Positions 30,901-39,734 of a stretch of 64,000 nt of DNA are shown one piece after another; the stretch's first letter is position 1; the number at the start of each line of letters is the position of its first letter. A model generated the notes under the pieces. That model searched no databases and was not told the DNA's origin. It saw only the letters and a program-made list of their open reading frames with translations. Origin of the DNA: Alphaproteobacteria bacterium (GTDB lineage: Bacteria > Pseudomonadota > Alphaproteobacteria > UBA828); contig CBDEFM010000002.1 of the NCBI GenBank assembly GCA_965237415.1, positions 2,240,001-2,304,000 of the forward strand. The letters are read 5' to 3'. The position numbers and the translations under genes are program-made.

Positions 30901-31321
30901 CAGAGAAGCACTGGAAACAGTGGATATGTGTTTCTCCGATATGGAGGACGATGATAACTTGTGGATCATGCTTGATGGTTTGGCTCAGATGTCGGCACAG
31001 TCTCAAGACCCCCTATTGGCCAAAGAGATAGCTCGACTGTGTCGAAACCATTCGAGCGAAGTAGAAGGTTCTATAGGTTATGCAAATGCTTTGGGGATAG
31101 CGCTGGCAGCCTCTGCGGCCATCGACCAACCTATGGAGAGGTTTAGGTTCTTTGGAGAGTTTGTGGAATATTTCGCGTTCCGAGAGCTGACCAAAGAGGA
31201 GTGTGCAGAACTGGTAGGTAACCTTGCCACGATATGCCGGGTCGAGCCTGATCTCTATCCATTTCTCAGCAAATCAATGAGCGCTTTGCAGGCTTACATG
31301 AAATCACCGACAGGGCGCTAA
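24938..31321 (+). CDS. 2127-aa putative defence protein: N-terminal Cap4/DUF4297-like endonuclease, helical/TPR-like repeats, PIN-like region
   Basis: GYTYQ...EIAEDF...VQVK at the N-terminus; VVIDPSALLTL, IFLD and CNDR in the middle; lower GC than the flanks. Confidence 0.6.
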   Translation: MTSIPEETAVPRGDLSRQAVASLGGYTYQIYLSALAWAELKPHEILFLEIAEDFAVVARDALQAVQVKSSRKSLTLNSKETIAAIESFISLQKKNNTSRVHLVYHTAANAGKERRKVDRIEGKGGIEYWRDVQNGADAKPLLDRVLALDLKAETKQYISNLSLGRFKTEVVSRLEWRCGQKSLTEAKEELERVMVEYGTALDVHPEDCATAMRVVVGTVLERASEKGTRRLDIEDFGSVFRRATSIRIDNRHLRALAEDIVQNQPTELVDRELICLCEELRLLRFFEEFASKTKAEALLQRVLNGTLCGGSPSVRSRALGWCARVLYIDPQEYDLKDCLDAISRMAPTPESQVAKVLCEHRDSLEETVSLLTTQGSKVARSAALMRIVNEQGPEAGLEWFKAVCASVTEIDGCGMTSLLAGLCQASKWDKAFALADQIDLADAREYPALCQVLTVAKVARTAPDEFRFVLLAGVPFDAESFKLSEDAEDQEHRNAAAELLDHVQECAMAASLPDTARYAKQFALWLRLRSPTQRDEARRQLRVDLSDPDKSLSVVNLALCFGVEVDAEEVEKAIRQSTSQNLGKLTMDGACARLALILSSGDANVVANELREHRNALSERLDGDQLFLLEFGALCSAGRRTEAKHLRERSGERGEHVERLASHMLAEAEGADALELRLARFEETLRTEDLEAVIQALRDKDDHRQLADYAERLYERTHDLNDAKQFVRALDDSKQFDRADKFLDSHLGMVDENAELSTRYCMSQHQRGDVNGAWARILKLRKISDTETRRGLFVSICIASGRWSELEQFASAEYESRADRKPEELVRAGHLVARSAPRVSRELVEAAVQAAADEPNILAAAYLIASNSGWEEEPVVGEWLRGAIARSGETGPFVKISLEDFVRSAPEWNEREAKIWEALQSAHIPISLVAAALNRRQTDLTLGVAVANRKIADPRRRGIIPAFHGHGRSPSIESVERVVIDPSALLTLSDLGVLEKALKVFDCVYIPFETLPQLYEDLDRAQFHQPSRLRTARAVLDGVLDDVLTPLDPAPAVQGWLISQVGRSMARLLGAAKSVSMEGDVFGYVVHPGTITKPITLGKDPANLGELGAHVISCTTLVQHLRHIGSMSFEDASKAMNLLTLRGDCPPSDERLQANCTIFLDRLAAEYLVELGALETLRRAERPVYILADEVDSAKQLLEYEKRADQVKSSIERMRFLLAEGIESGRIIVGASADTAGREEELGKAGNVIASALQLLEHVDAFVCNDRAINKNLSVTNEGVSRPVISTLQLLGRLVERGELSEEDEIRCRHMLLSANYFFVPLNAEDLDYCLDRAVMIDGELVETAEMRALREYLAACAMWDWLQLPEEGAWLKQSQSAVRSCIWRQWERAEGVEVAKVKSKWLLELFDFRDWARFRPFEGESSISIRAVQLFLLTIPLGTMPTKARTVFLDWLEQGYIAGLRDSCPPLFNELVSSAKELIERAVEGVDEEHGKTIVAIDVLRDFPKSLYQALLQEKDLIANFSIPRETIVRIAEPAPHFKQAELYEVARKLLERVGSVQVLPDKRDVNWEFTCSDTHILTCTDGTTTVEMPELRYVASSRELRIRGFEALARGSLPKSAIEGWLRGLERGPLENADITALHDDVRATPGTVGRHVQQAVQVGSFRWNDLIPTDSLYCTRLVGRPDLCQTLESYLESGFRRWFEDLPDVAMGQAARTMLLACNLGEISQEASKFIRGKVDALEVLNWAGEQDVPAVRVAALEVFLPWSIDDESLRQPLSQLLETVVDTDVSKESSSYRFYVDLYLAIAGHVASGLCLREQSTFYRHLYIAAEVNILQQCFSASAVDTTTLARGMREDKAFAFSMRALVDMAEWPRWHTKYMTPEIMHADHLGRIWIAAGELEDKLPECELRNLLFGDLEDCLKPNVVFPLSYLPGPLEGRRSDVCNQSEETRTAINDQLNERPVSDRTFAGLITAGMTCGVFADQCEKAREALETVDMCFSDMEDDDNLWIMLDGLAQMSAQSQDPLLAKEIARLCRNHSSEVEGSIGYANALGIALAASAAIDQPMERFRFFGEFVEYFAFRELTKEECAELVGNLATICRVEPDLYPFLSKSMSALQAYMKSPTGR

Positions 31322-31441
31322 CGAAAATCACTCAAATAGGGTTGTGTCATCTATGCTGGGCCCCTTCACTAGTAGCCAGCTTGAGTCACATTTGGCAACT
31401 AAAGGGAATTCCTGATGATTGTCTCAATGACGGATATGCTC

Positions 31442-31473
31442 TAAGTGTCCACCTAAATAGAAGTGGACACTTA
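31442..31473. terminator. Perfect 11-bp inverted repeat between convergent genes
   Basis: TAAGTGTCCAC-N10-GTGGACACTTA; no U-tract, so it may instead be an operator or an element end. Confidence 0.35.
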
Positions 31474-31672
31474 CGAGGCGCCCATTTCCCGATCGCTTAG
31501 CCCGCCAAGAATCCTAGCACCAGAACAGGCGGCTTTCGACGGTTGGTTACCCACAATTGTCCTAGTCCGCTAGTAGAGGAGCGGCTGCCCTTTAGCGAAA
31601 ATGAGCGTCCTGCCGACACTCTGGGAAGTGAGAGAAGGTGGTGAAGGTAAAGCTAGCCCTATGGTCAAGGCG

Positions 31673-33169
31673 TTAACGCAGTCGCCAACTACCTTGGGCG
31701 TCGCGCTCGGGCAAGCGTTGTGGGTGGAAGAGCCGTTCACCGACGGCATCGGCGAACAAAGCTGCCCAACGATCAACGAGACCGTTGAAGGTGTCGCGAT
31801 TCAACGGTTCAAAAGGCCACGCTACCTGGTACTCGGCTAGGCCTCGCCAGAGAGCTTTGGCGGATTCTGTGCCAGGCGAGAGTGCGAAAGGGGCTTTGGT
31901 GCGGTGGTTGCGAGCGAGGAGTGACATGAAGGCCGTCTCGAACCATTGAAACCTTCCCTCTTCTCGAGCATCGCAGTACCAGAGCGAGTGGCTGCGGCCC
32001 TCATAGTCGTTGTGCCGCGGGATGGTGACTGCGATATGCGCGTGGGCAATGACGGTGAATGCGGGCGCCTCCCATGCCCAGGGATCTGTGGGTGTCTCGG
32101 AGAGCGATCCCATCTCCAGGTGGGCTCGACCAAGGCTGATAGTCCAAGCGTTGTGGGAGTGTGCTAGCCGGGCAGCCGAGGCAGACGCCAGGATGGCCTC
32201 ACACAACGAGTCCGAGAAGCCCTGAAATGCTTGTTGGGCGGACTGCACAAGTTGTGCACGTTGATCCTCGGCCGACTGGGTGGCAGAAGCTTCTCTCGCG
32301 GCTTCGGCCACTCTTCTCACCTCGCGGAGATTGGTGTCTTGCAATCTCGCGAGTCCGGCTGGCAACGCATGTCGTTGATTGGTGGCGTGATGCTCGAGCC
32401 TCGTCAATATGGTCCGGGCGCTGGGGCGAGCGCCTGGGGCCTTGTACAGGCATTCCGTAATCAGCGCGGACAGTTCGGGGTCGACGCCTTCCAACGGCAG
32501 AGGAGCCCGATGCAGATGCAAGTCGCGGAGATCTTCCGGTGAGCCAACAAATGGAAGGGCACCCGAAATCATTTCGTGAGCCATGACGCCGAGCGAATAG
32601 ACGTCCGAGGCACTGGTCGCACGTTCCGAACGCCAGCGTTCCGGCGCGGCATATGCCGGTGTGAGGGCAAATTTGCGGGTGTCGGGGGCCGTGGTCGACT
32701 CTGCATATCGCGAGATTCCAAAGTCAGCCAAACACCAACGCCCTTCTAGGCACAGTGCATTTTCTGGTTTGATATCGCGGTGTACGACACGGCCATCGAG
32801 ATCGGCGAGCGCGGTGGCAACGTCTGTGATGGCGGCCAGGGCATCCTCGACAGACAGGTGATCGGCTTCAAGGCGATCTCGTAGGGAACAGTCTGCCCGA
32901 GGCATGATTAGCACCCATTGATCGCCGGATTCGCCACTATCGATGATCGGCACGACGTGGCGCACGTCTCTCAGGTCGACAAACAGCAACTCGCGTTCTG
33001 CGCCCGGATACTTAGGTACGAGTTTTGCCACACAGGCTGGCAAACCGTTGGCCAAGGCCTCAAAAACGCGGCCGAAGCCACCGCCTCCAATCTGTCTCCC
33101 GAGTTCCCAGGATCGTTCAAGTTGGACTTGCATGATGGATCTCGGGCGATCGTTTGGGCCGCGTGGCAT
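31673..33169 (-). CDS. Hanks-type Ser/Thr protein kinase with uncharacterised C-terminal domain
   Basis: IGGGGFG, VAK, HRDIKPEN, DFG, YAAPE and SDVYSLG motifs; the start could be slightly downstream. Confidence 0.9.
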   Translation of the reverse strand: MPRGPNDRPRSIMQVQLERSWELGRQIGGGGFGRVFEALANGLPACVAKLVPKYPGAERELLFVDLRDVRHVVPIIDSGESGDQWVLIMPRADCSLRDRLEADHLSVEDALAAITDVATALADLDGRVVHRDIKPENALCLEGRWCLADFGISRYAESTTAPDTRKFALTPAYAAPERWRSERATSASDVYSLGVMAHEMISGALPFVGSPEDLRDLHLHRAPLPLEGVDPELSALITECLYKAPGARPSARTILTRLEHHATNQRHALPAGLARLQDTNLREVRRVAEAAREASATQSAEDQRAQLVQSAQQAFQGFSDSLCEAILASASAARLAHSHNAWTISLGRAHLEMGSLSETPTDPWAWEAPAFTVIAHAHIAVTIPRHNDYEGRSHSLWYCDAREEGRFQWFETAFMSLLARNHRTKAPFALSPGTESAKALWRGLAEYQVAWPFEPLNRDTFNGLVDRWAALFADAVGERLFHPQRLPERDAQGSWRLR

Positions 33170-33235
33170 CCATGACTGGGATGGGTGGAGTCTTCTTGGC
33201 TCGCCTGCTGAACGGTGCGTTGGCGCACTGCAATA

Positions 33236-33664
33236 TCAGATTAGAGGATTAGTCCAACGCAGCCCAGGAAACCTCGCCATGTCGGCGTCCGTAGAGTGCA
33301 GTTCTGCCTGGTGCTCGATCGCCAGGGCGGCAAGATGTGCATCGGTCGTCAGATTGCCGGCCGATCCGGCCGCCTCCAGGAGATCGAACAGAATGTCCGC
33401 ATGACGGTCTCCGGGGTGGATCAGTGCTGTCTGCGGTCGGGAAAGCCAGGACCGGACGCGAGTGCAGGCGCCACTTACATCGAGAGGGTTGTCGAGTATC
33501 TTCGGATTTGTGGCGATGCGGATAAACCCCAGGATCGCAACCCAAGGAAGGCCGACGGTGCCGGTGCCGTTCATCAGCGCTTCCCACCACAGCCGAGCCG
33601 CCTGATGACGGCGAGACTGAGAATCGTGGGCGTGCAGCAGCAAATTGACGTCGGGGACAATCAC
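33236..33664 (-). CDS. vapC: VapC PIN-domain toxin
   Basis: MIVPDVNLLL...DAHLAALAIEH...STDADMARF. Confidence 0.9.
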   Translation of the reverse strand: MIVPDVNLLLHAHDSQSRRHQAARLWWEALMNGTGTVGLPWVAILGFIRIATNPKILDNPLDVSGACTRVRSWLSRPQTALIHPGDRHADILFDLLEAAGSAGNLTTDAHLAALAIEHQAELHSTDADMARFPGLRWTNPLI

Positions 33665-33921
33665 TTCGCGAGCTTGCGGGCGAGCTCATCCGCCTCCATC
33701 TCATCGACGAGCTGATTGAGCCGATCTGTATCGATGCCCGCCTTAAAGCCGAAGGCATGAGGCTCCACCTCGAAGCGAGGCACCCTGGGCGGTTTGCCGC
33801 GTATCCCCAGGCCGACGCGCAATGCATCGTTGACGACGGCCTTCATACTCCTGCTGGTCCGCCTCATTTCTCGTTGCAGGAGCTGCTCGACATCGGAGTC
33901 GATGGTCAATGTGGTTCGCAT
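33661..33921 (-). CDS. vapB: VapB-type RHH antitoxin
   Basis: MRTTLTIDSDV...VVNDALR; 4-bp overlap with vapC; palindromes upstream at 33928-33960. Confidence 0.85.
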   Translation of the reverse strand: MRTTLTIDSDVEQLLQREMRRTSRSMKAVVNDALRVGLGIRGKPPRVPRFEVEPHAFGFKAGIDTDRLNQLVDEMEADELARKLAK

Positions 33922-34095
33922 GACTTACATCGTGATGTGCATAGCTCTTGATGTCAAGATATCGAACCGCGTAAGGGTGTCTGGCGTGCCATCACGGATT
34001 GTCGCGTGGTGACGAAGTGCTCACCTGCTTCTGTTGCCGAGCAACGCGAGGTGATGGCGGTGACAAACCTACCGAACACCGCGCGGCGTTGGGAG

Positions 34096-37000
34096 TTAGA
34101 TGCTGAGGCCCCGGCTTCTCTTTTGGTAACGGCCGAGCTTGCGCTCGCGCTTCTTGAGCTGATCCCGCAGTTCACGGAGCTTATCGGGATCTTCGAGGAT
34201 GTAGGCGATGCCTTCTTCCTGCCTGGGCGCCGGGTCGCGGCGCACCTCCGGATTCTTTGACTTGGCAGTCTGGACGCGGCCGTCCTCGATGCGGCTCCGC
34301 AACTGGTCAACCATGCGGCGCGCGCGACGCTGGCCGTCTTCAATTGCGTCGAGATACGCGCCGTAGGTGTCATCGTCCGCTAGGATGGTTCTCCCGGCCC
34401 TTTCCAGTTGGCGCGCTTCCTTGAGCCACTCTGGCCAACCGGGAACGTCCGCGATGTGCACGTTCAGACGCGCGGCTTCGTGCCGGAGGGGTTTCCCGGC
34501 TTTCACGTGTCGCTCCGCCGCTTCGAGGTAGTCGTGGACGGCTTGGCGCGCGGCGATTTCGCTCCGGTGGTAGTCGAGCAGTCCGGCCAGCTCTTCCCGT
34601 TCCGTCGAAGGGAGCTCCGGATGATCTGCGAGGTCCTGCACGCGCTCGATGAGTTCCTCGTACCCGCGTACCAGGGGAAGGGGCAGGGCGTTCTGATTAG
34701 CGACGGTGACAAGCTCGTTCCAGTCACGCTCCAGTCGGTCATACAAGGGCTCCCAGGTGGGTTCGGTGTCGTGCCTGCGGTCGGGAGCGGCCGGCTCGCT
34801 CGGCTGGACCTGTGCTTGCTCTTCGGAAGCGGGTTCGGCAGCCGGGGAGGCTGTCTCGGCTACGATGGCCTCGACGATCCCGGGCTCTTCGTGCGTTGCG
34901 TCCTGCCGTGCGGCATGAGCTGTCCTGGCTTTGACGGACCGCAGATACGTGCCGGCGCGGGCATGCACTTCCCGCAGCTCATCGAGTTCACCATCGCCGA
35001 TGCCGGCGCGTTCGGCCAACACGCGCTCGAAGACCTGCGGCTTCGCACGGAACACTTGTGCCTGCTTCATCAGCGCACCGTGGCGATCGAGGGTCTCGCG
35101 GAAGGCCGGGCTGAGCGCCACCGCGTCGCCCTCGTCGCGTGTCCGCTCGCGCAGATCGTCCCACGCCGCCAGAACCTCGGCGCGCTCGGCCGCGAATGCG
35201 TCCACCGCCGCGCCGTGGCGCCAGCCGTTGACCGCATGGCGGATCTCGTTGGCGATGCGCTCGCGGAAGTTGTCGTTGGCGGCTTCGCGGGCCTCGACTG
35301 TTTCCTCCTGCCCGTCGCCGGGACCATCATGCTTCTTGCCGTTCGAACGGCTACCGCCGTTCCCGACGCCGGTCCGCCCAAACTGCGCGCGGAGCTGAGC
35401 TCCTTCGCTCGCATCCCGCCATTCGCCGTCGGTGATGTAATCGAGCGCCGCCTCCTTGGGCTGCGAGCGCGACCAGCGCTCGGCCAGATAAGCCCGCACG
35501 TCCGAGTCCGTCACCGGCATGTCCGCCTGGTCCTCGGGCCGGTGTTCGGCGATATCGAAGGCCAGCGGGGAGCGGTTGACGTAGATGTCGAGGCTCTCGC
35601 GATGCCGGGTCGCGGCCGGATAGATCGTCTCCCGCGCCGGCCGCTCGTCCGCCAGCAGGAAGGCGCAGGCGACCGTCAGCCCCTGGGCCGAGGCGATGGT
35701 CATGGCGTAGCCGTAGTCGAGACGGATGTTGTCGTGCCAGTCGCGGATCTCGTCATGGCGGAAGGTCACCCGCCGCCCGTCGTCGGTGCGCGCCGTGATA
35801 TGGACGGAAAACTCAGGCTCTGGAGCGCCGCTGTCCGGCTCCGCCATGCGCCCGCCGGCTCGCCGGTTCCGGGCCTTGCGCGACACCGCCGCGGCTTCCG
35901 CGCGCCGAACCTCAAGGTCCTCTATCGTGACCACGGTGCCGTTGAAGAGCTGCTTCTCCCACTGCGTCGCCCCGATGCGGAGACGGTCGCCGACCGCGAT
36001 CTCCAGCGGCTCGGTCACCCTCCCGTCCAGGTCCCGGCTCACCTCGATGACGGCGCGCTTCGCGTCGGGTGTCGGGGTAAGCACGCGTTGGCGCATCAGC
36101 CACGACAGCGCTCGTCCCTCGGCCTTCGTGCGCGCGAGCACGACGGTGGATGCGCCGGACTGTGTGCACACATGGCGCTCCCAGTCGTCCACCAGACGGG
36201 TCAGCGTCTTCTCCTCGTCGTGGCAAAGATGAAGCCGGTTGCGGAGATGCCACGCCTCGATGGCCTTCTCCGCCTCCCCGTCCCTGAGCGCCTCCGAGAC
36301 CGCCACCTGCCACGGCGTAAACAGGGGCTTCTTCTCCATCGCCTCGTACTCGGCGAGGATGGTGTCACGCTCTTTCAGGTTCGTGAGACCGGCCCGGAAC
36401 CGCGCCTGCTCCGGCGTCTGCTTGTGGACATGGACCAGCACGTCCTCGAGGTCCGCCTTCTGGCGCCGGATGCGGTCGACGCGCACGCTGCCCGCGACAT
36501 CCCGGATCAATCTCAGCCCCGGCCCGGCCTCCACCGGCTGTTGCTGGCGCGTGTCGCCGGCGAACACCACCTTCGCCCCGTGGCGCTCCGAGAGCTGCAG
36601 GATGTGATGGGCCTGGCGCGTCGACAGCATCCCCGCCTCGTCCACCACGATCAGCGTGCGCCTCCCGATCTCGACCTGCTCCTTGGCGGCCAGCTTCAAT
36701 AGCTTGTCCACGCAGTAGGCGCGGGCGTCGCAGTCGTCGCCCAGCGCCACCGCCGTCCGCCAGGCGACGGCGGTGGGCACGATCTCGTAGCCGTGCTCCT
36801 TGTGGAGGTCGGTAATGGGCCGCAGCGTGGTGGTCTTGCCCGAGCCTGCCGCCCCTTCGATGACCGCCACTCGGCCAGCCCGCAAGGTGGCATGGCGGAT
36901 CGCCAGCGACTGCTCCTGGCTCAGCGGATATCCCTGCTCCAGCAGGGTCTCCACCTTCTCCTTGACCGCCTCTTCCGGCAGCCCGTGGCCGGTGTCCGCG

Positions 37001-38256
37001 GCCATGGCCGCCGTCATGTCCTTGACCGCCTGCTCCAGCCCGAGGTTGTGGCGGGTGGAATAGACCTCGGTGTGAGCCATGCCCGCCAATGATTCTGCGG
37101 TGGGCTTCTTCGGCTCCAGCCGCTCGATCTCGGGGTTGCGGCGCAGCCGCTCGATGGCGGTTCTCAGCGCTTCAGGGCCGATCAGGCCTGCCGCCGCATT
37201 TGCCGCCGCCTCCACCATGTCCGGGCGCCGGAACACGGCCTCTTGCCGGGCCAGGTGGGCGGGAAGATCATCGAGGCGGCTGGTCAGTTCCCGGATCGCC
37301 TCTCGCGTGATCTTCACGTCATGGCCGGTCACGGAGGCGATCAGCTCCTCGCGCTCGACGAAGCTCTGCGCTTCCTCCCCCCAGCGCCGGTGGCGTATCT
37401 CGGGGTCGTTGTCGTGCGATTTGCCGGCCCGAGTCAGCTTGTTGACGCCGGCCATGCGCGAGGCGTTGCCGAGCGACGGAATGCCCAGCTCTCCGGCCTT
37501 GGCGACGATCGCCTTCCGCCGCTTCGACCAGAAGACCTGCAAGTCTTCCGGCATGCCTTCGATGCGGGTGAACCCGGCATTGGGACCGTACTGCTCCATC
37601 GGCACGCCGAGGCGCTCGCGGAGGTTCCAGGCCAGGGCATTGCGGTAGACTGCGCCCGCGGCCTTGGCCCAGCTGTAGACCGGGTACTGGTGCATGGCCC
37701 GCCACTTGCCGTCCTCGCGGGTGCGGGCCGCATTGAAGATGACGCAGTGGGTATGAAGCTGCGGGTCGTTCTCCCGGCTGGTGCCGTGTGGGAACATCGC
37801 CACCGAGATATCGGCAGGCAGGACCCTGATCCGCCCCTCCCTGTCCCGGATCCGCGTATACGAGCAGTAGCGGAACACGGTCTCTTCCAGCGCCACCCGG
37901 GCGGCGTCGTTGTGCGCTTCCTCGATCCGGGCGCGCAACTCGGGATCGGCGATGGCCCACAAGGCGGAGACGCTCTTGTCGGCCGAGAAGGTCATATCCA
38001 CACCCGGCGAGCGCTGGTCGCTGCCCGCGTTTCTGGTGAGCTTGCTGGAGCCGTCCGGCGCGAAGCCGTGATAAAGCCGGTGGAAGTCGCCGCTGTCGAC
38101 CTTGCCGCCGCTCTCGAGTCCGAGCAGGCCCTTGGGGTTGAACCACACCCCGTCCGGTTCCTCCCCGGCCGTGTAGTACTCGTTGGGATGACGGAACGAC
38201 CGCTGACTCTCCAGATAGTACGAGGCTGAGGCGGCCTGAGCGAGGGTGGCTACCAT
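34096..38256 (-). CDS. MOBF (TrwC/TraA-like) relaxase-helicase
   Basis: YY...YY tyrosines, DMTFSADKSVS, H-x-x-SRENDPQLHTH, Walker A GAAGSGKT, DEAGM and YGYAMT. Confidence 0.92.
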   Translation of the reverse strand: MVATLAQAASASYYLESQRSFRHPNEYYTAGEEPDGVWFNPKGLLGLESGGKVDSGDFHRLYHGFAPDGSSKLTRNAGSDQRSPGVDMTFSADKSVSALWAIADPELRARIEEAHNDAARVALEETVFRYCSYTRIRDREGRIRVLPADISVAMFPHGTSRENDPQLHTHCVIFNAARTREDGKWRAMHQYPVYSWAKAAGAVYRNALAWNLRERLGVPMEQYGPNAGFTRIEGMPEDLQVFWSKRRKAIVAKAGELGIPSLGNASRMAGVNKLTRAGKSHDNDPEIRHRRWGEEAQSFVEREELIASVTGHDVKITREAIRELTSRLDDLPAHLARQEAVFRRPDMVEAAANAAAGLIGPEALRTAIERLRRNPEIERLEPKKPTAESLAGMAHTEVYSTRHNLGLEQAVKDMTAAMAADTGHGLPEEAVKEKVETLLEQGYPLSQEQSLAIRHATLRAGRVAVIEGAAGSGKTTTLRPITDLHKEHGYEIVPTAVAWRTAVALGDDCDARAYCVDKLLKLAAKEQVEIGRRTLIVVDEAGMLSTRQAHHILQLSERHGAKVVFAGDTRQQQPVEAGPGLRLIRDVAGSVRVDRIRRQKADLEDVLVHVHKQTPEQARFRAGLTNLKERDTILAEYEAMEKKPLFTPWQVAVSEALRDGEAEKAIEAWHLRNRLHLCHDEEKTLTRLVDDWERHVCTQSGASTVVLARTKAEGRALSWLMRQRVLTPTPDAKRAVIEVSRDLDGRVTEPLEIAVGDRLRIGATQWEKQLFNGTVVTIEDLEVRRAEAAAVSRKARNRRAGGRMAEPDSGAPEPEFSVHITARTDDGRRVTFRHDEIRDWHDNIRLDYGYAMTIASAQGLTVACAFLLADERPARETIYPAATRHRESLDIYVNRSPLAFDIAEHRPEDQADMPVTDSDVRAYLAERWSRSQPKEAALDYITDGEWRDASEGAQLRAQFGRTGVGNGGSRSNGKKHDGPGDGQEETVEAREAANDNFRERIANEIRHAVNGWRHGAAVDAFAAERAEVLAAWDDLRERTRDEGDAVALSPAFRETLDRHGALMKQAQVFRAKPQVFERVLAERAGIGDGELDELREVHARAGTYLRSVKARTAHAARQDATHEEPGIVEAIVAETASPAAEPASEEQAQVQPSEPAAPDRRHDTEPTWEPLYDRLERDWNELVTVANQNALPLPLVRGYEELIERVQDLADHPELPSTEREELAGLLDYHRSEIAARQAVHDYLEAAERHVKAGKPLRHEAARLNVHIADVPGWPEWLKEARQLERAGRTILADDDTYGAYLDAIEDGQRRARRMVDQLRSRIEDGRVQTAKSKNPEVRRDPAPRQEEGIAYILEDPDKLRELRDQLKKRERKLGRYQKRSRGLSI

Positions 38257-38642
38257 GGTGCGGTATCCTTACCCGGAAGATACGCAGCGACCGTACTCAC
38301 ACGCAAAGCCTCAGCCGAGAGTGCCGATGGCGGAATCCTCATAGGTTTCACATCGTTACACATTGGGGTCGTGACATCCGTCAGTTACCGACTGTATCAT
38401 CCGTTATCCTTCTCGGCAACCGGCACTTTAGTGCATAGGTGTGAAAAGAAAAACGTCCACGTATACGGTTCGTGATGAGCGGACATCCATGATAGCCGCT
38501 GTGCTATAGCGGGGACAACAAGAAATTGCAGAAAGTGGGGCGCAATGCGAGGTCCGAAACGGGCGTTCCGTTGACACGGTGGGGCCGCAGGTCGATCATG
38601 TGGAACCATCCGCAATTGCAGGAATTGGAGGAGGATACGGGC
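38257..38642. promoter_or_regulatory. Probable oriT / divergent promoter region
   Basis: Less GC-rich gap between the relaxase and a divergent small gene; the nic site was not pinpointed. Confidence 0.45.
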
Positions 38643-38945
38643 ATGGTGGCGAGACGCTTCAACGAAGCGGATGTCGACTTCGAGGCTATCGACGGCGACC
38701 TGTCGAAGCTGGCGCCTCCGAAGCTGTCGCTGAAGGACGTCCTGGACCGCTTGCGAGAGCGGATGCTCGAGCAACGGGCCAAGGGCGTGACCGTGGCTCA
38801 GATACACGAAGTGCTGAAAGCACGAGGTATCGAGATCGGGGAGCGAAGCCTCAAGACGTTCCTGGACAAGGGGGAGCTGCCCGGTCGAAAGGCCAAGGCC
38901 GTGGCGCAGGCGGCGGGAGCGGAGGAAGGCAGAGATCCGTTCTGA
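38643..38945 (+). CDS. Putative relaxosome accessory protein
   Basis: Divergent from the relaxase, GGAGGAGG RBS, HTH-like KGVTVAQIHEVLKARGIEI. Confidence 0.5.
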   Translation: MVARRFNEADVDFEAIDGDLSKLAPPKLSLKDVLDRLRERMLEQRAKGVTVAQIHEVLKARGIEIGERSLKTFLDKGELPGRKAKAVAQAAGAEEGRDPF

Positions 38946-39734
38946 GACCGGCTGGAGCGAAGGCGCGGAGCGCCGAGCGAGAGACGGCGAAGCGTCGCTC
39001 AAAGAGAGGCGAGTCGTTTTGCGATGAGCAGGATTGAGAGTGGGGAGGGGCCGCGAGCGTCGGGCGATGGCGCGTAAGCGCCGAGCCGGACGCGAGGCGG
39101 GAGGAGCGCAGGCGGCGGAGCGAAGCGACGCGCCGCGATGCGGGCTTGCACGGGATCGGAGAGAGCCGCCGGCGAAGGGAGCGCAGCGACCGAGCCACGG
39201 CGGCGGAAGGCCACGGGTCTGGCTGCCTGCACCCGCAAGCGAAGCGCGCAGCGAGCAACGCGAGCGAAGGCGCCAGGGATCGTCACCCGAAGGGCGAAGA
39301 CCGCGTCAGCGGGCTTCGTGGAGCCGGGCGGGGCGAAGCCGCGCCCGGCGGAATAGAGCCCGGCGCCCGGTCCCTGGACCGGGCGGGCGCACCGATCATG
39401 TAGGTGGAAGAGAAGGCGATATCGGGTCGTCATTGTGGACGACTGCGAACGGACCACGCCGGGATGCAGGGGCAACGAGGCGAAAGCATTGTGGCGTGGG
39501 ATACGGATCTCGGGAGATAGAGCTGACGAGCGTCCGGCGACGGCGCGTCAGCGCCGAGCCGGACGCGAGGCCGCGCTTTGGCGGTGTGGGGCACGGTGGC
39601 GGTGCCGGGAGCGCGAGCGGCGCCGGCGCGAAGCGCCGCGCCGCGAAGCGCGACACCGGGCACGGCGCAAAAAAAAGGGGCCGATCCCTCGCCGAAGCGG
39701 GGACCGGCCCTGGCGGGTGACGGAAGCGCCGTCC

